DNA of 43,235 bases from Verrucomicrobiota bacterium (GCA_003219355.1 QHOQ01000062.1:624-43858), one strand, 5' to 3'; positions 34,779-43,235 are shown, counted from the first letter of the stretch. Translations and numbers: made by a program. The notes: a model not told the origin generated them from the sequence alone.

Positions 34779-35096
34779 ATGATTCACCATATCGCTCTCT
34801 ACAAACTCAAGCCCGAGGTTACTCCCGCCCGCGTGGAGGCGATGATGATGAACGCGCGGATGCAGCTCTTGAAAATTCCCGAGGTTTTGAGCATCAAATG
34901 CGGCAAGCGCGTTGATCCTGAAATGCCGTGGCCATTCTTCATTGCAATCGATTTTGAGTCGATGGACAAGTACGCAATCTTCCGTGAGGACTCCATCTAC
35001 GTGAAATTTATGGAAGAAGTCATCAAGCCTAACACTGCGGATTCATTGACCTTGGACTTCGAGATGGATCCGGGGAAGGACGTTCAGTTTTCCTGA
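34779..35096 (+). CDS. Dabb (stress-responsive alpha/beta barrel) family protein
   Basis: MIHHIALYKLKPEVT...FIAIDFESMDKYAIFREDSIYVKF, about 105 aa. The start was set at ATG 34779. Confidence 0.75.
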   Translation: MIHHIALYKLKPEVTPARVEAMMMNARMQLLKIPEVLSIKCGKRVDPEMPWPFFIAIDFESMDKYAIFREDSIYVKFMEEVIKPNTADSLTLDFEMDPGKDVQFS

Positions 35097-35174
35097 TTGT
35101 AGCGGCGGCGTATGACGGTTGGTTTGTTTTGGAGCGTTGCTATTTCTGGGGACCGCACATAATCATCGATCCCG

Positions 35175-37115
35175 GTGCGACTCGGTTATCTCTATTCCCG
35201 TTATCCGGTTATTTCCCAGACCTTTTGCGATGCTGAGATGCTGGCATTGGAACGGCTTGGTGTCGCCCTCGAGATTGGCTCGATTTACCCGCCGCTTACG
35301 AGTTTGCGTCACGAACATATCTCCCAGCTCTGCGCCCCGATCCGGTACGCGCCACCGCAGAAAATCCTGAGAATTTGGGAGAAGAATGCGAAAACAACCG
35401 GCAAATGGCCCCAGGAACTCGTAGATCGGCATAAGCGGAAATACGGGGACCAGATCAAGGCCGAGCAACGTGCGCGCAATGCGCTCTATTTCGCGGAGCT
35501 TTTTGCGCGCAATGGTGTCGACCATTTTCACGTTCACTTCGCCAACCGCGCGGCGCACACTGCGCTCTTCCTGAAAGAAATCTCCGGCATTCCTTTCAGC
35601 GTGACCGCACATGGCCAGGATTTCATGAAGGATCTAGGCAACGATGATCTCTTGCGCGAAATCTGCGCTGCGGCGGAGTTCGTCGCAGCTGAAACCGATT
35701 ACAGTCGTGAACTGCTTTGCCAGCGCTGCCCGGATTCCGCTGGGAAGATTTACCGAGTCTATAACGGAATCGATCTCGGACGCTTCCCGGACCGATGTTC
35801 AGCGACAGCTAATTCGGCGCCAGGCATTCTCAGCGTCGGCCGTCTTGTTGCCTTCAAGGGGTTTGAGCAGCTTATCCACGCTTGCGCAGAGCTGGCGCGC
35901 CGCGGCGTTGATTTCACTTGCGAGATTATTGGAGATGGCCCGCTGCGCAACAATCTCCAGGCAGAGATCGACAAATTGAGCCTCTCGTCTCGTGTGACTC
36001 TGCTCGGCTCTCTGTCGCAAGGCGCGGTTTTCGATAAGCTGCGAGCAGCCGACATTTTCGCACTTGCCTCAGTCATGGATCGTCAGGGCGCGAGCGATGT
36101 TTTCCCGACTGTAATCATCGAAGCGATGGCGGCTGCGCGGCCCGTGGTTTCGACCCAGCTTGCCGGGATTCCGGAATGTGTCGAGCACGAGCAAACCGGG
36201 CTGTTAGTGCCGCCCGGCGATACGATCGGGCTCAGCCACGCACTCGAGCGGCTCATACGAGATTCTGAATTGAGGTTGCAGTACGGCCGTGCCGGACGGA
36301 CGCGAATCGAAGAGCATTTCCGGATTGAGCAGACAGTCGCCCCGCTTCTCCAACTGCTCAAAAATTCGTCCGTCGCGCCATCGAAACCGAAAGCGCCTCT
36401 TGCAGCCTACCAGATCGCTTATCTGATCGATCGCTGGCCCGATGAGGATTTGCCGCTCATCGAGCGCGAGCTTCAAGAAATGCGGCGGCGCAGCATCTCG
36501 ATCATACCCTTTGTTTGTGAATTAGATTCAGCAGCGCGATTAACTCGGAATGTCGAACAAATGGCGGTGCAGCTGGAATTTTTGCCCGACCCGATGGTGA
36601 TGGAGGCAGAATGGCGCGCGCACCACACTCTTGCCCAAAAATTGGAAGAGGAGCGGGCACAGGAAACCGAGCGCGTGCCGGGTGGAATTTTCCTGCGACA
36701 GGCGCGTTTCGCTCTCGTCTTGCGCAGGCTGCTGGTGGAAAAAAAAGTTTCCCACGTCCACGCAACAAGCTCGCGTGCGCTCGCCTGCGCGCTGATTTTG
36801 CAGAGACTTGTTGACGTTACAGTAAGCGCTACGATTGAGCCGCGGCCGGAATTATCGCAACAGTGGATCGAGAAGGCACTACGCCGTTGTGAGGGAGGGC
36901 GTCTGAGCGACCGCAAATTGCTTCCGCATCGCGATGGCTCATTTCTTGTCGACAAGGCGGCATTGCATTCTGCTCGGCGAAAAGCACTTCAATCGTTCGG
37001 AGAAAGAATCGGGATCGATTTGACCGGAGCGGCAAGTTTCTGGCAGGAATGGTCGGAATTGCTCGTGCGCTTGAGCCGCGGGGAGGTGCCCGGCAAATCA
37101 AAAACAAGCGAATGA
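35175..37115 (+). CDS. GT4 family glycosyltransferase with an extra ~240-aa C-terminal domain
   Basis: N-terminus GYLYSRYPVISQTFCDAEMLALERLG. GT-B C-terminal half motifs GRLVAFKGF and FPTVIIEAMAAARPVVSTQLAGIPECVEHEQTGLLV (E-x7-E). GTG start. The stop overlaps the rfbA ATG (ATGA). Confidence 0.8.
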   Translation: MRLGYLYSRYPVISQTFCDAEMLALERLGVALEIGSIYPPLTSLRHEHISQLCAPIRYAPPQKILRIWEKNAKTTGKWPQELVDRHKRKYGDQIKAEQRARNALYFAELFARNGVDHFHVHFANRAAHTALFLKEISGIPFSVTAHGQDFMKDLGNDDLLREICAAAEFVAAETDYSRELLCQRCPDSAGKIYRVYNGIDLGRFPDRCSATANSAPGILSVGRLVAFKGFEQLIHACAELARRGVDFTCEIIGDGPLRNNLQAEIDKLSLSSRVTLLGSLSQGAVFDKLRAADIFALASVMDRQGASDVFPTVIIEAMAAARPVVSTQLAGIPECVEHEQTGLLVPPGDTIGLSHALERLIRDSELRLQYGRAGRTRIEEHFRIEQTVAPLLQLLKNSSVAPSKPKAPLAAYQIAYLIDRWPDEDLPLIERELQEMRRRSISIIPFVCELDSAARLTRNVEQMAVQLEFLPDPMVMEAEWRAHHTLAQKLEEERAQETERVPGGIFLRQARFALVLRRLLVEKKVSHVHATSSRALACALILQRLVDVTVSATIEPRPELSQQWIEKALRRCEGGRLSDRKLLPHRDGSFLVDKAALHSARRKALQSFGERIGIDLTGAASFWQEWSELLVRLSRGEVPGKSKTSE

Positions 37116-38008
37116 ACAAAAAGGCCATTCTACTTGCTGGCGGAGCTGGGACACGGCTGTTCCCGCTCACCAAGATCGTCTGCAAACAGCTTCTCCCGAT
37201 CTACGACAAGCCGATGATTTGCTATCCGCTCGCCACGCTGATGCTCGGTGGTCTTCGCGAGGTCCTGATCATTACCACACCGAAGGATCTGCCGATGCTT
37301 CGCGATTACCTGGGCGATGGCGAGCAACTTGGAATTCGAATCGAATATGCCGAACAGCCGAAACCTGAGGGGATCGCCCAGGCTTTTTTAATCGGCGCAA
37401 AATTCATCGGCGACGCGGGCGCGTCGCTTATTCTTGGCGATAATATTTTCTACGGGAAACTCGATTTCTACCGGCACGCTCTCGCGATCGAGCGCGGCGC
37501 GTGCATTTTCGGTTATCAAGTGCGCGATCCACAACGCTATGGCGTGGTCGAATTTGACACTCAAGGCAAGGCAATCAGTCTCGAGGAAAAACCGAAGCAA
37601 CCGAAAAGTCATTTCGCGGTGCCGGGACTTTATGTTTACGACGAGCGCGTGGTCGACCTTTGCCAGACCCTGCGGCCCTCGGCCCGCGGTGAACTTGAGA
37701 TCACCGATCTGAATTTGCTCTATCTCGGACAGAAACAGCTACACGTGAAATTGCTCAGCCGTGGCATGGCCTGGCTCGACACCGGTACGCAGACAAGCTT
37801 GCTCGAAGCTGGCAACTACATTGCGACAATCGAGCATCGGCAAGGATTGAAAATTGCATGCCTTGAGGAGGTCGCCTGTCGCATGGGCTTTATCAGCCAG
37901 TCACAATTGTCCGCACTCATCGATCGGTTGCCGAAAGGTGAGTATCGAGATTATCTGCGGATAGTTTGCGACGAAGGGCCAAACGCGGGTCCGGCGTCGG
38001 TCGGCTAG
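37112..38008 (+). CDS. rfbA: glucose-1-phosphate thymidylyltransferase
   Basis: LAGGAGTRLFPLT, KQLLPIYDKPMICYPL, PEGIAQAF, LGDNIFYG and WLDTGT motifs. Confidence 0.9.
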   Translation: MNKKAILLAGGAGTRLFPLTKIVCKQLLPIYDKPMICYPLATLMLGGLREVLIITTPKDLPMLRDYLGDGEQLGIRIEYAEQPKPEGIAQAFLIGAKFIGDAGASLILGDNIFYGKLDFYRHALAIERGACIFGYQVRDPQRYGVVEFDTQGKAISLEEKPKQPKSHFAVPGLYVYDERVVDLCQTLRPSARGELEITDLNLLYLGQKQLHVKLLSRGMAWLDTGTQTSLLEAGNYIATIEHRQGLKIACLEEVACRMGFISQSQLSALIDRLPKGEYRDYLRIVCDEGPNAGPASVG

Positions 38009-38084
38009 CACGGCGTCTTTCTGTAGAGGCGGCTGTGGCAGCTGCAATGTTGGCGCTCTGCAGGCGACACGCCTGCCACTACAA

Positions 38085-38738
38085 TTATTTTGGCTGCTCG
38101 CGCAACAGATGACTTGTATCGGCGAGCAATTTGGTTACGGCGTCTGCTTCGGTCGCTTCGTAATAACCACGGATTTCTCCATGGCGATCCACCAGCACCA
38201 TCCGCGTGCTGTGCACCGGAATTCCAGCTTCACCGTTACCATCGGAGATCGCAAGCTTGAAGCCGTTATGAGAAAGATCGTAAATCGCGGACTTCGGTCC
38301 GGTAAGGAAATCCCAGCGCTTCGGTTCGGCGCGTAATTTCTCGGCGTAGCCACGCAAAACTTCCGGCGTGTCCCTTTCCGGATCGACGCTGAACGAGACC
38401 AGATGCACATCGGTTTGTTCCAACGGCTTTTGCAGTTCACTCATCCGCGTGCTGATCATCGGACAGGGTCCGGGACAAGTGGTATAAACAAAATCGGCGA
38501 TCCAAATTTTCCCAGCCAATTGCGCAGAGTCGAAAGGTTGTCCTTCTTGGTTTACGAGCTGAAAATGAGGAACCGTGCCGTAGGACGAAACGCTGCGCTG
38601 GGCAAGCGCACGGACCTCCACGTGGCGCAGCCAAAGTAAAAGCCCCGCCGTGACAAATGGGATGAGAATCAATGTCGCTTTCCAGGCAATCCCGCTCCAC
38701 GAGCTCCCGCGCTGAATAGGAATTGAAGTAGCGTTCAT
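38085..38738 (-). CDS. SCO1/SenC family copper chaperone
   Basis: N-terminal anchor, then FVYTTCPGPCP (CxxxC) and a thioredoxin-like fold with a distal His (IPVHS). ATG 38738 overlaps the ctaB stop (ATGA). Confidence 0.85.
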   Translation of the reverse strand: MNATSIPIQRGSSWSGIAWKATLILIPFVTAGLLLWLRHVEVRALAQRSVSSYGTVPHFQLVNQEGQPFDSAQLAGKIWIADFVYTTCPGPCPMISTRMSELQKPLEQTDVHLVSFSVDPERDTPEVLRGYAEKLRAEPKRWDFLTGPKSAIYDLSHNGFKLAISDGNGEAGIPVHSTRMVLVDRHGEIRGYYEATEADAVTKLLADTSHLLREQPK

Positions 38739-39652
38739 GACTTCGTTAGTACTAACGCAGCCAGCAAAAGAGGGAGGTAAACGATCGAAGTGATGAACAA
38801 TAATCGCGCAGCTCCGGCCGTGCGCTTTTTCAAAAATCGCATTGCCACGGCAATAAACAAACCGCCAAGGGCGAGCTCGATAGCGAGATAAACCGGTGTG
38901 GCAATTCCAAAAAACGTGGGCAGCCCTGCGATCACCAAGAGCAAGATGCAAAAGAACACGCTTTGACTGGCGCTGCGCTCGCCGCTGAGATCGTCACTCG
39001 AAATCATTCGGAAGCCCGCACGTGAATAGTCATCGCGGTACATCCAGGCGATCGCGAAGAAATGCGGCAGTTGCCACAGAAGAAGGATCGCGAAAAGACT
39101 CCATGCCCCTGCGTCGATTGTTCCGCACGCAGCTGTCCAACCGATCATCGGCGGAATCGCGCCGGGAATTGCGCCGACAAGGGTATTCGCAGTGCTGGCG
39201 CGCTTGAGCGGTGTGTAACAAAAAATGTAAATAAGTATCGTAAGCGCGGCGAGCGTGGCGCTGAGCGCATTGCAGGCAACCACGAGATAACCAACGCCAA
39301 AAATCGAAAGAACAACGCCGAGCGTAAGCGCTTCGGCAGCTCGCATGCGACCAGCCGGCACCGGGCGCATCTTCGTTCGACGCATCAGTGCGTCGAGCTT
39401 GCGTTCCCACCACTGATTGAGCGCGGCAGCGCCGGCCGCCGCCGCCGCCGTTCCAAACACGACGTGAAATAACGCGAAGTAATTGATTGGCGATTGCGCT
39501 CCGAGATAAAAGCCGGCCGCAGTCGTAAGCAAAACAAGCAGCGTCAGCCGCGCTTTGACCAACTCCGCCAAATCGAACATGCGGGTACGCGCTGATTTAT
39601 CATTGGTTACAGTCTTATCGTCAGTCGGGGTGTGAATCGCGACAGTTTTCAC
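38735..39652 (-). CDS. ctaB: protoheme IX farnesyltransferase (heme O synthase)
   Basis: UbiA-family polytopic protein with NQWWERKLDALMRRTKMRP (N-x3-D-x3-D type motif) and a second Asp-rich region (YRDDY). The GTG start overlaps the ctaA stop. Confidence 0.9.
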   Translation of the reverse strand: MKTVAIHTPTDDKTVTNDKSARTRMFDLAELVKARLTLLVLLTTAAGFYLGAQSPINYFALFHVVFGTAAAAAGAAALNQWWERKLDALMRRTKMRPVPAGRMRAAEALTLGVVLSIFGVGYLVVACNALSATLAALTILIYIFCYTPLKRASTANTLVGAIPGAIPPMIGWTAACGTIDAGAWSLFAILLLWQLPHFFAIAWMYRDDYSRAGFRMISSDDLSGERSASQSVFFCILLLVIAGLPTFFGIATPVYLAIELALGGLFIAVAMRFLKKRTAGAARLLFITSIVYLPLLLAALVLTKS

Positions 39653-40731
39653 GCGGCGACTGCTCCTTTGACTCCGAACGAGGTGGTTGCTGATCTTTCA
39701 CTGCGTTGTCCCTGCAAAATTCGCCAGCAAATCGCGCAAATGCTCACCCCAAAAGATAGCATTGTCGCGCCGCCTGCGACATGCGCGGTCGCGACATCGG
39801 CTGCTTTGTTGCTCCAAATGGTCCAAGCGCCAAGCGTAATCTGGCAAACGACCAGGGCGACCCAAAAGATCGACAATCGCCTGAGCGCAGCCACGTGGCG
39901 CGCTTCTCTCCAAACCCGAAGACAAAATACAACCACGGCAACGGCGATGATCAACGCGAGAAACCGATGCGCCATTTGCAGCCAGATTTGGAACGCGTCA
40001 ACGTCCGACAAACCCCGTGCATCGCGCCAGGCGTTGACCTTTGCAAGCGCAGCCGCGCCGGTGTCCGGAATCCAGGCGCCATTTGCCGTCGGGAAATCGA
40101 GAATAGCGAGATCGCGATGTTGATGACGCATTGTCGCCCCCAGCGCCAGCTGCGCATAAATCGCGACCGTTGTTGCAAACGCGATTGTCTTGATCGTGAT
40201 GATTTTTTTGGGGTCGACAATTACATCGGCGAGCGTTCGCCAAAATCTTGAAGTCGTGAGCGCGATCAGCACGACCAGTCCAAGAAACGCTTGCGCAAGG
40301 CAGGCGTGAAAGATTCCGATCTCATCTTTCAGCATCGTAACGCGCAGGCCGCCGAGCACGCCTTGTAGAATTACCGCGCAAAGCGCGATTATTCCCAGGC
40401 TGCGAACCCATTTTCGGGGTTCGCTACGCCAGAGCCAGATCGCGAGGATTATCGTGAGGAACCCAACCGCCGAAGCAATCAAGCGGTGGGTATGCTCAAA
40501 GAAAATCCCGCCGATCCATTTCGAAACAGGAAACAAGAACATGTTGTAGCCGAACGTGGTCGGCCAATCGGGCACGGCGAGGCCGACGCCTTTGCTCGTG
40601 ACCATTCCCCCACTGCAAATGAGAAACAACGTCGCAACGCACGTAATCCACGCGAACGCGTTGAGCCAGCTACTGTAGCGGCGGTCTGTGACTGTCGCAT
40701 TATTTCCGGCCCCTGCGCTCATTCTTTGCAA
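39649..40731 (-). CDS. ctaA: heme A synthase (COX15/CtaA)
   Basis: Eight TM segments with conserved His pairs (FEHTHRLIAS; MAHRFLAL). Start is TTG 40731 or, more likely, ATG 40722. Confidence 0.85.
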   Translation of the reverse strand: MQRMSAGAGNNATVTDRRYSSWLNAFAWITCVATLFLICSGGMVTSKGVGLAVPDWPTTFGYNMFLFPVSKWIGGIFFEHTHRLIASAVGFLTIILAIWLWRSEPRKWVRSLGIIALCAVILQGVLGGLRVTMLKDEIGIFHACLAQAFLGLVVLIALTTSRFWRTLADVIVDPKKIITIKTIAFATTVAIYAQLALGATMRHQHRDLAILDFPTANGAWIPDTGAAALAKVNAWRDARGLSDVDAFQIWLQMAHRFLALIIAVAVVVFCLRVWREARHVAALRRLSIFWVALVVCQITLGAWTIWSNKAADVATAHVAGGATMLSFGVSICAICWRILQGQRSERSATTSFGVKGAVAA

Positions 40732-40795
40732 CCGTGGGTAGATCGAACTTGAAGAGTCCGACGGTCATAGACCGCCGCTACAGAAAGAGCCCGCA

Positions 40796-41638
40796 CTACC
40801 CGCCCGGACTCGGCGAGGGCGCCGGCGTCGCAGCTGCCTTGTTTTCCGTCTTCTGAGCTCCAGCTGGAGGTGCGCCCTGCGATCCAGCTAACTCGGCGCG
40901 CTCTTTGAGCCATGTCTGATAATCCGCCGGCGTATCGACCACCAGCGTGCCCTTCATTCCGGAATGGCCCAAGCCGCAAAGCTGGCCGCAGATCACTTCG
41001 TAAGTTCCGGTCTTGATCGGCGTAAACCACATTGGAATGAGCGATCCGGGAATGGCGTCCGCGGCGATGCGCATCTCCGGCAGGAAGAAATCGTGAATTA
41101 CATCTTTCGATGAAAGCTCAGTGATGACTGGCCGATCCACTGGCACATGTAGTTCGCCAGCCGTCACGATATCGTCTTTGCCGGCGGGGTCGTTCGGATC
41201 GAGACCGATGGGATTTGAGTTGCTCAAAAAGCTAACATCGCGCCGGCCAAATTGGCCATCCGGTCCGGGTAAATGAAAATTCCAGCTGAACTGCTGGCCG
41301 ACGACGTGAACGAGAAGCGCCTCTTTGCCCGGCGGGAACTGATTTACCCGTTTTGCCCAGAGTGGAATCGCGAATCCAAGCAACAGGACGGCTTCGATCA
41401 AGACAACGGAGAATTCCAGATGCGTTGAGACGCCGCTTTTCACTCCGTGGTGATCCGCAGCCGGATGCCGGCCTCTTCGGAAGCGAATCAAAACGAAAAT
41501 AAAGAACGCCGACCAGCCGAGAAAAAGCGCCCCCATGAACCAGTGGCAGAACTCGAGGATGTGGTCGATTTGATACCCGTGCGAGGAAGCATTCGGCGGC
41601 TGGCCTAGGAATTCATTGATTAGCGCCAGGCTACTCAT
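40796..41638 (-). CDS. coxB: cytochrome c oxidase subunit II (CuA subunit, no fused cytochrome c)
   Basis: Two N-terminal TM segments and a cupredoxin domain. CuA ligands are in DVIHDFFLPE and CGQLCGLGHSGM. Confidence 0.85.
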   Translation of the reverse strand: MSSLALINEFLGQPPNASSHGYQIDHILEFCHWFMGALFLGWSAFFIFVLIRFRRGRHPAADHHGVKSGVSTHLEFSVVLIEAVLLLGFAIPLWAKRVNQFPPGKEALLVHVVGQQFSWNFHLPGPDGQFGRRDVSFLSNSNPIGLDPNDPAGKDDIVTAGELHVPVDRPVITELSSKDVIHDFFLPEMRIAADAIPGSLIPMWFTPIKTGTYEVICGQLCGLGHSGMKGTLVVDTPADYQTWLKERAELAGSQGAPPAGAQKTENKAAATPAPSPSPGG

Positions 41639-41891
41639 ATTTGCTCAGCTCTTCCTCAGTCATCTCTTGATAAGGCTCGGCTGGCATGCGGCCATGCCGC
41701 CAGAGATGAAAACTGAACGCGCCAATTCCACCTAGGACCGACATCACAGCTCCAAAAAGAAACCAAATCGCCACCGCCATGTGTTCAGTCGATTTTCCAT
41801 CTTTTGCGCCGTAGCAAAATGGACATGCCAGCGCTTGCCCAACCGGCGAAAAGATCGACAAGAGGAGGATCGACAAGATTTTCGCCTTCAT
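41631..41891 (-). CDS. small membrane protein with an exported CPFC motif (uncharacterised oxidase-operon ORF)
   Basis: ATGA overlap with the upstream ORF and an 8-nt overlap with coxB. Leader MKAKILSILLLSIFSPVGQALA, then CPFCYG, one TM segment and a charged tail. Confidence 0.45.
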   Translation of the reverse strand: MKAKILSILLLSIFSPVGQALACPFCYGAKDGKSTEHMAVAIWFLFGAVMSVLGGIGAFSFHLWRHGRMPAEPYQEMTEEELSKYE

Positions 41892-42097
41892 GTGATGATG
41901 CGAAGCCGTTTCATTTTGCGATAAAACCAGACGCCGTAAACAACTAGCGCGACCGCGACCACAAACGAGCAGATTGCACCGGCCAGATAAATCGGCGCGC
42001 CTTCCACAAGATCGACCCAGACGCACCATGCTCCGATCCCGAGCGCGAGCAGCGTCGAGAAAATAATGAAAACAATATGGAAACCTTTAAGCGACAT
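41888..42097 (-). CDS. small two-TM membrane protein (uncharacterised oxidase-operon ORF)
   Basis: The ATG follows the coxIV stop directly (TAAATG). The product is 69 aa with two hydrophobic helices and a basic tail. Confidence 0.45.
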   Translation of the reverse strand: MSLKGFHIVFIIFSTLLALGIGAWCVWVDLVEGAPIYLAGAICSFVVAVALVVYGVWFYRKMKRLRIIT

Positions 42098-42442
42098 TTA
42101 ACGAACGACCGGATAGTCGTACCACGCGAGAAAAATAAGCCAGAAAAGTCCGAGCACAAAGAAACCCGTGAAAATGAGGATGCGGTAGATGAGCCGTTTT
42201 TCTGCGGCCAAGTGCATGAAAATTGCCGCGACTAATCCTGCCTTGAACGTCGCCACCAGCATGGCCACGGCGATGTTCGCTTTCGGCGCCCCGAAGTTCA
42301 CGTAGGAAAGCGCGACCGTAATGGCGGTGAACGCGAGCAACGTGGCGCCGACCATTAAATAACCGCGGACGTGCTTTTGGACGTTGTGCGCATACTCCTC
42401 GTGCTCGCTCGGGTCTTGTGAAATGTCAGGCGGGTTGTTCAT
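42098..42442 (-). CDS. prokaryotic cytochrome c oxidase subunit IV family protein
   Basis: HVRGYLMVGATLLAFTAITVALSY...VATFKAGLVAAIFMHL pattern, three TM segments. It starts 3 nt after the coxIII stop. Confidence 0.75.
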   Translation of the reverse strand: MNNPPDISQDPSEHEEYAHNVQKHVRGYLMVGATLLAFTAITVALSYVNFGAPKANIAVAMLVATFKAGLVAAIFMHLAAEKRLIYRILIFTGFFVLGLFWLIFLAWYDYPVVR

Positions 42443-42445
42443 GGT

Positions 42446-43235
42446 TTACAGCAAGTAAAAAAGCGGGAAGACGAAAATCCAGACCAGATCGACAAAGTGC
42501 CAGAAGAGACCCGAGACCTCGACGCGGTTGGCAAGATGCTCAGGATTGCGCTGGTAAAGCTTTTTGCTGACCGGCAGCCACATGTAGATGAAGACGAGGA
42601 CACCGCCGAGTACGTGCATTCCGTGCAAACCGGTGATCGTAAAGTAGCTGGCAAAATATGCGCTGTGCGTCGGCAGAAACATGGTCGCCCGCTCGACGTC
42701 TTCCTTTTCGATCTTCGCGATCTTGTCGGTGACAGGCAGTGGGAAAAAATGGGGCCGATCCATCGCGGGGTTGGTCGGATCGGCGTTTAGCGGATCAAGC
42801 GCTACTTCGTAATCCTTGATGTTTGGGTCGTTGAGCGCCGCGCGATTATGCAGATGCCCTGTGATTTCGAGCCGCGGCGGCAAACCTTTCGCGGCAGCAT
42901 GCTCGTTGCCGAGATACTGTTCGTATTTCGCGAGCGCATCCGGTTTAATGTAAGCGCCGAAATGATCAAACTTCTGTGGCCATTCGTAAACGAGTTTGAC
43001 GGTTAAGAAGATTACGCCGCAAAGAATCGTGGCCAGCATGTACCACCAGTAGGCGCGATATTTTCTCATCTTCAGCGCCGCCCACGCCAGCACCACCGTG
43101 ACTGACGACAGGATCAGAATCGCGGTGTTCATCGTGCCAACGGGAACGTTGAGCAAGCCGTGCGGCCACATCCCCGGCGGCGCGTCCAGTCGCAAAAAGA
43201 TATAGGCGGAAAAAAGTCCGCCGAAGAGCATCACT
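42446..43235 (-). CDS. coxC: cytochrome c oxidase subunit III, 5' end beyond the window
   Basis: MLFGGLFSAYIF, SYFTITGLHGMHVLGGVL and GLFWHFVDLVWIFVFPLFYL motifs. The frame stays open to the window edge. Confidence 0.85.
   Translation of the reverse strand, partial: VMLFGGLFSAYIFLRLDAPPGMWPHGLLNVPVGTMNTAILILSSVTVVLAWAALKMRKYRAYWWYMLATILCGVIFLTVKLVYEWPQKFDHFGAYIKPDALAKYEQYLGNEHAAAKGLPPRLEITGHLHNRAALNDPNIKDYEVALDPLNADPTNPAMDRPHFFPLPVTDKIAKIEKEDVERATMFLPTHSAYFASYFTITGLHGMHVLGGVLVFIYMWLPVSKKLYQRNPEHLANRVEVSGLFWHFVDLVWIFVFPLFYLL

Noticed and set aside
38035-38079. Inverted repeat GTGGCAG...CTGCCAC, with an inner CTGCA/TGCAG pair, between the convergent rfbA and SCO genes, considered as a bidirectional terminator.
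   Set aside because: The stem is only 7 bp around a 31-nt interior, and there is no flanking U-run on the plus side. That is too weak to call.
39435-39449. (GCC)5 trinucleotide run.
   Set aside because: It lies inside ctaB and simply encodes an Ala run (TAAAAAGAAA) in a TM helix. It is too short to be a meaningful repeat locus.
1-43235. CRISPR arrays, tandem DNA repeats, IS elements or transposases, rRNA, and known defence or toxin-antitoxin modules.
   Set aside because: By-eye scanning of intergenic regions and of the ORF translations found no periodic repeats, no transposase or Cas-like proteins and no paired small TA-like ORFs. A computational repeat search could still find short or degenerate repeats that I missed.

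Overview
The window looks like a chromosomal segment from a moderately GC-rich, aerobic, probably PVC-like or soil bacterium; the taxon is a guess from gene content. It is densely coded and mostly housekeeping.

Gene content, left to right:
- DUF47/PiT phosphate uptake.
- nadC and birA.
- A fused AhbA/AhbB-like protein.
- A hemolysin-III/PAQR protein coupled to an LTXXQ periplasmic protein.
- A HAD hydrolase.
- tRNA-Lys(UUU).
- An oxidative-stress group: Bcp peroxiredoxin, DUF1059, an alpha/beta hydrolase and a ferritin-like gene.
- An M28 peptidase.
- A 1007-aa DUF2339 membrane protein.
- A HlyD/ABC/ABC-2 exporter.
- DoxX, VOC, DUF2127, Maf and XerD.
- nuoA, a Dabb protein, a GT4 glycosyltransferase and rfbA.
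- A tightly overlapped minus-strand respiratory operon: coxIII, coxIV, two tiny ORFs, coxII, ctaA, ctaB and SCO.

The most unusual part is the roughly 6.8 kb between tRNA-Lys (ends 9778) and a 5'-truncated hydrolase remnant (starts 16564). It holds three paralogous family-2 sulfotransferases, an unknown 247-aa ORF, a formylglycine-type sulfatase, a secreted inhibitory-type serpin coupled to a membrane-anchored protein, and a DUF488 gene. It looks like an accessory insertion and a candidate sulfated-glycan plus serpin module. No integrase or att repeat was seen.

A second theme is an unusual number of gene scars:
- An in-frame TAG in a 5'-3' exonuclease.
- A 1-nt frameshift in the ferritin-like gene.
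- A 3' hydrolase fragment.
- A 5' FAD-monooxygenase fragment.
- A birA lacking its C-terminal domain.
- An unexplained ~420-nt non-coding gap.

No CRISPR array, rRNA, transposase or recognisable defence system was seen. All calls rest on reading the translated ORFs and the DNA by eye; no searches were run.
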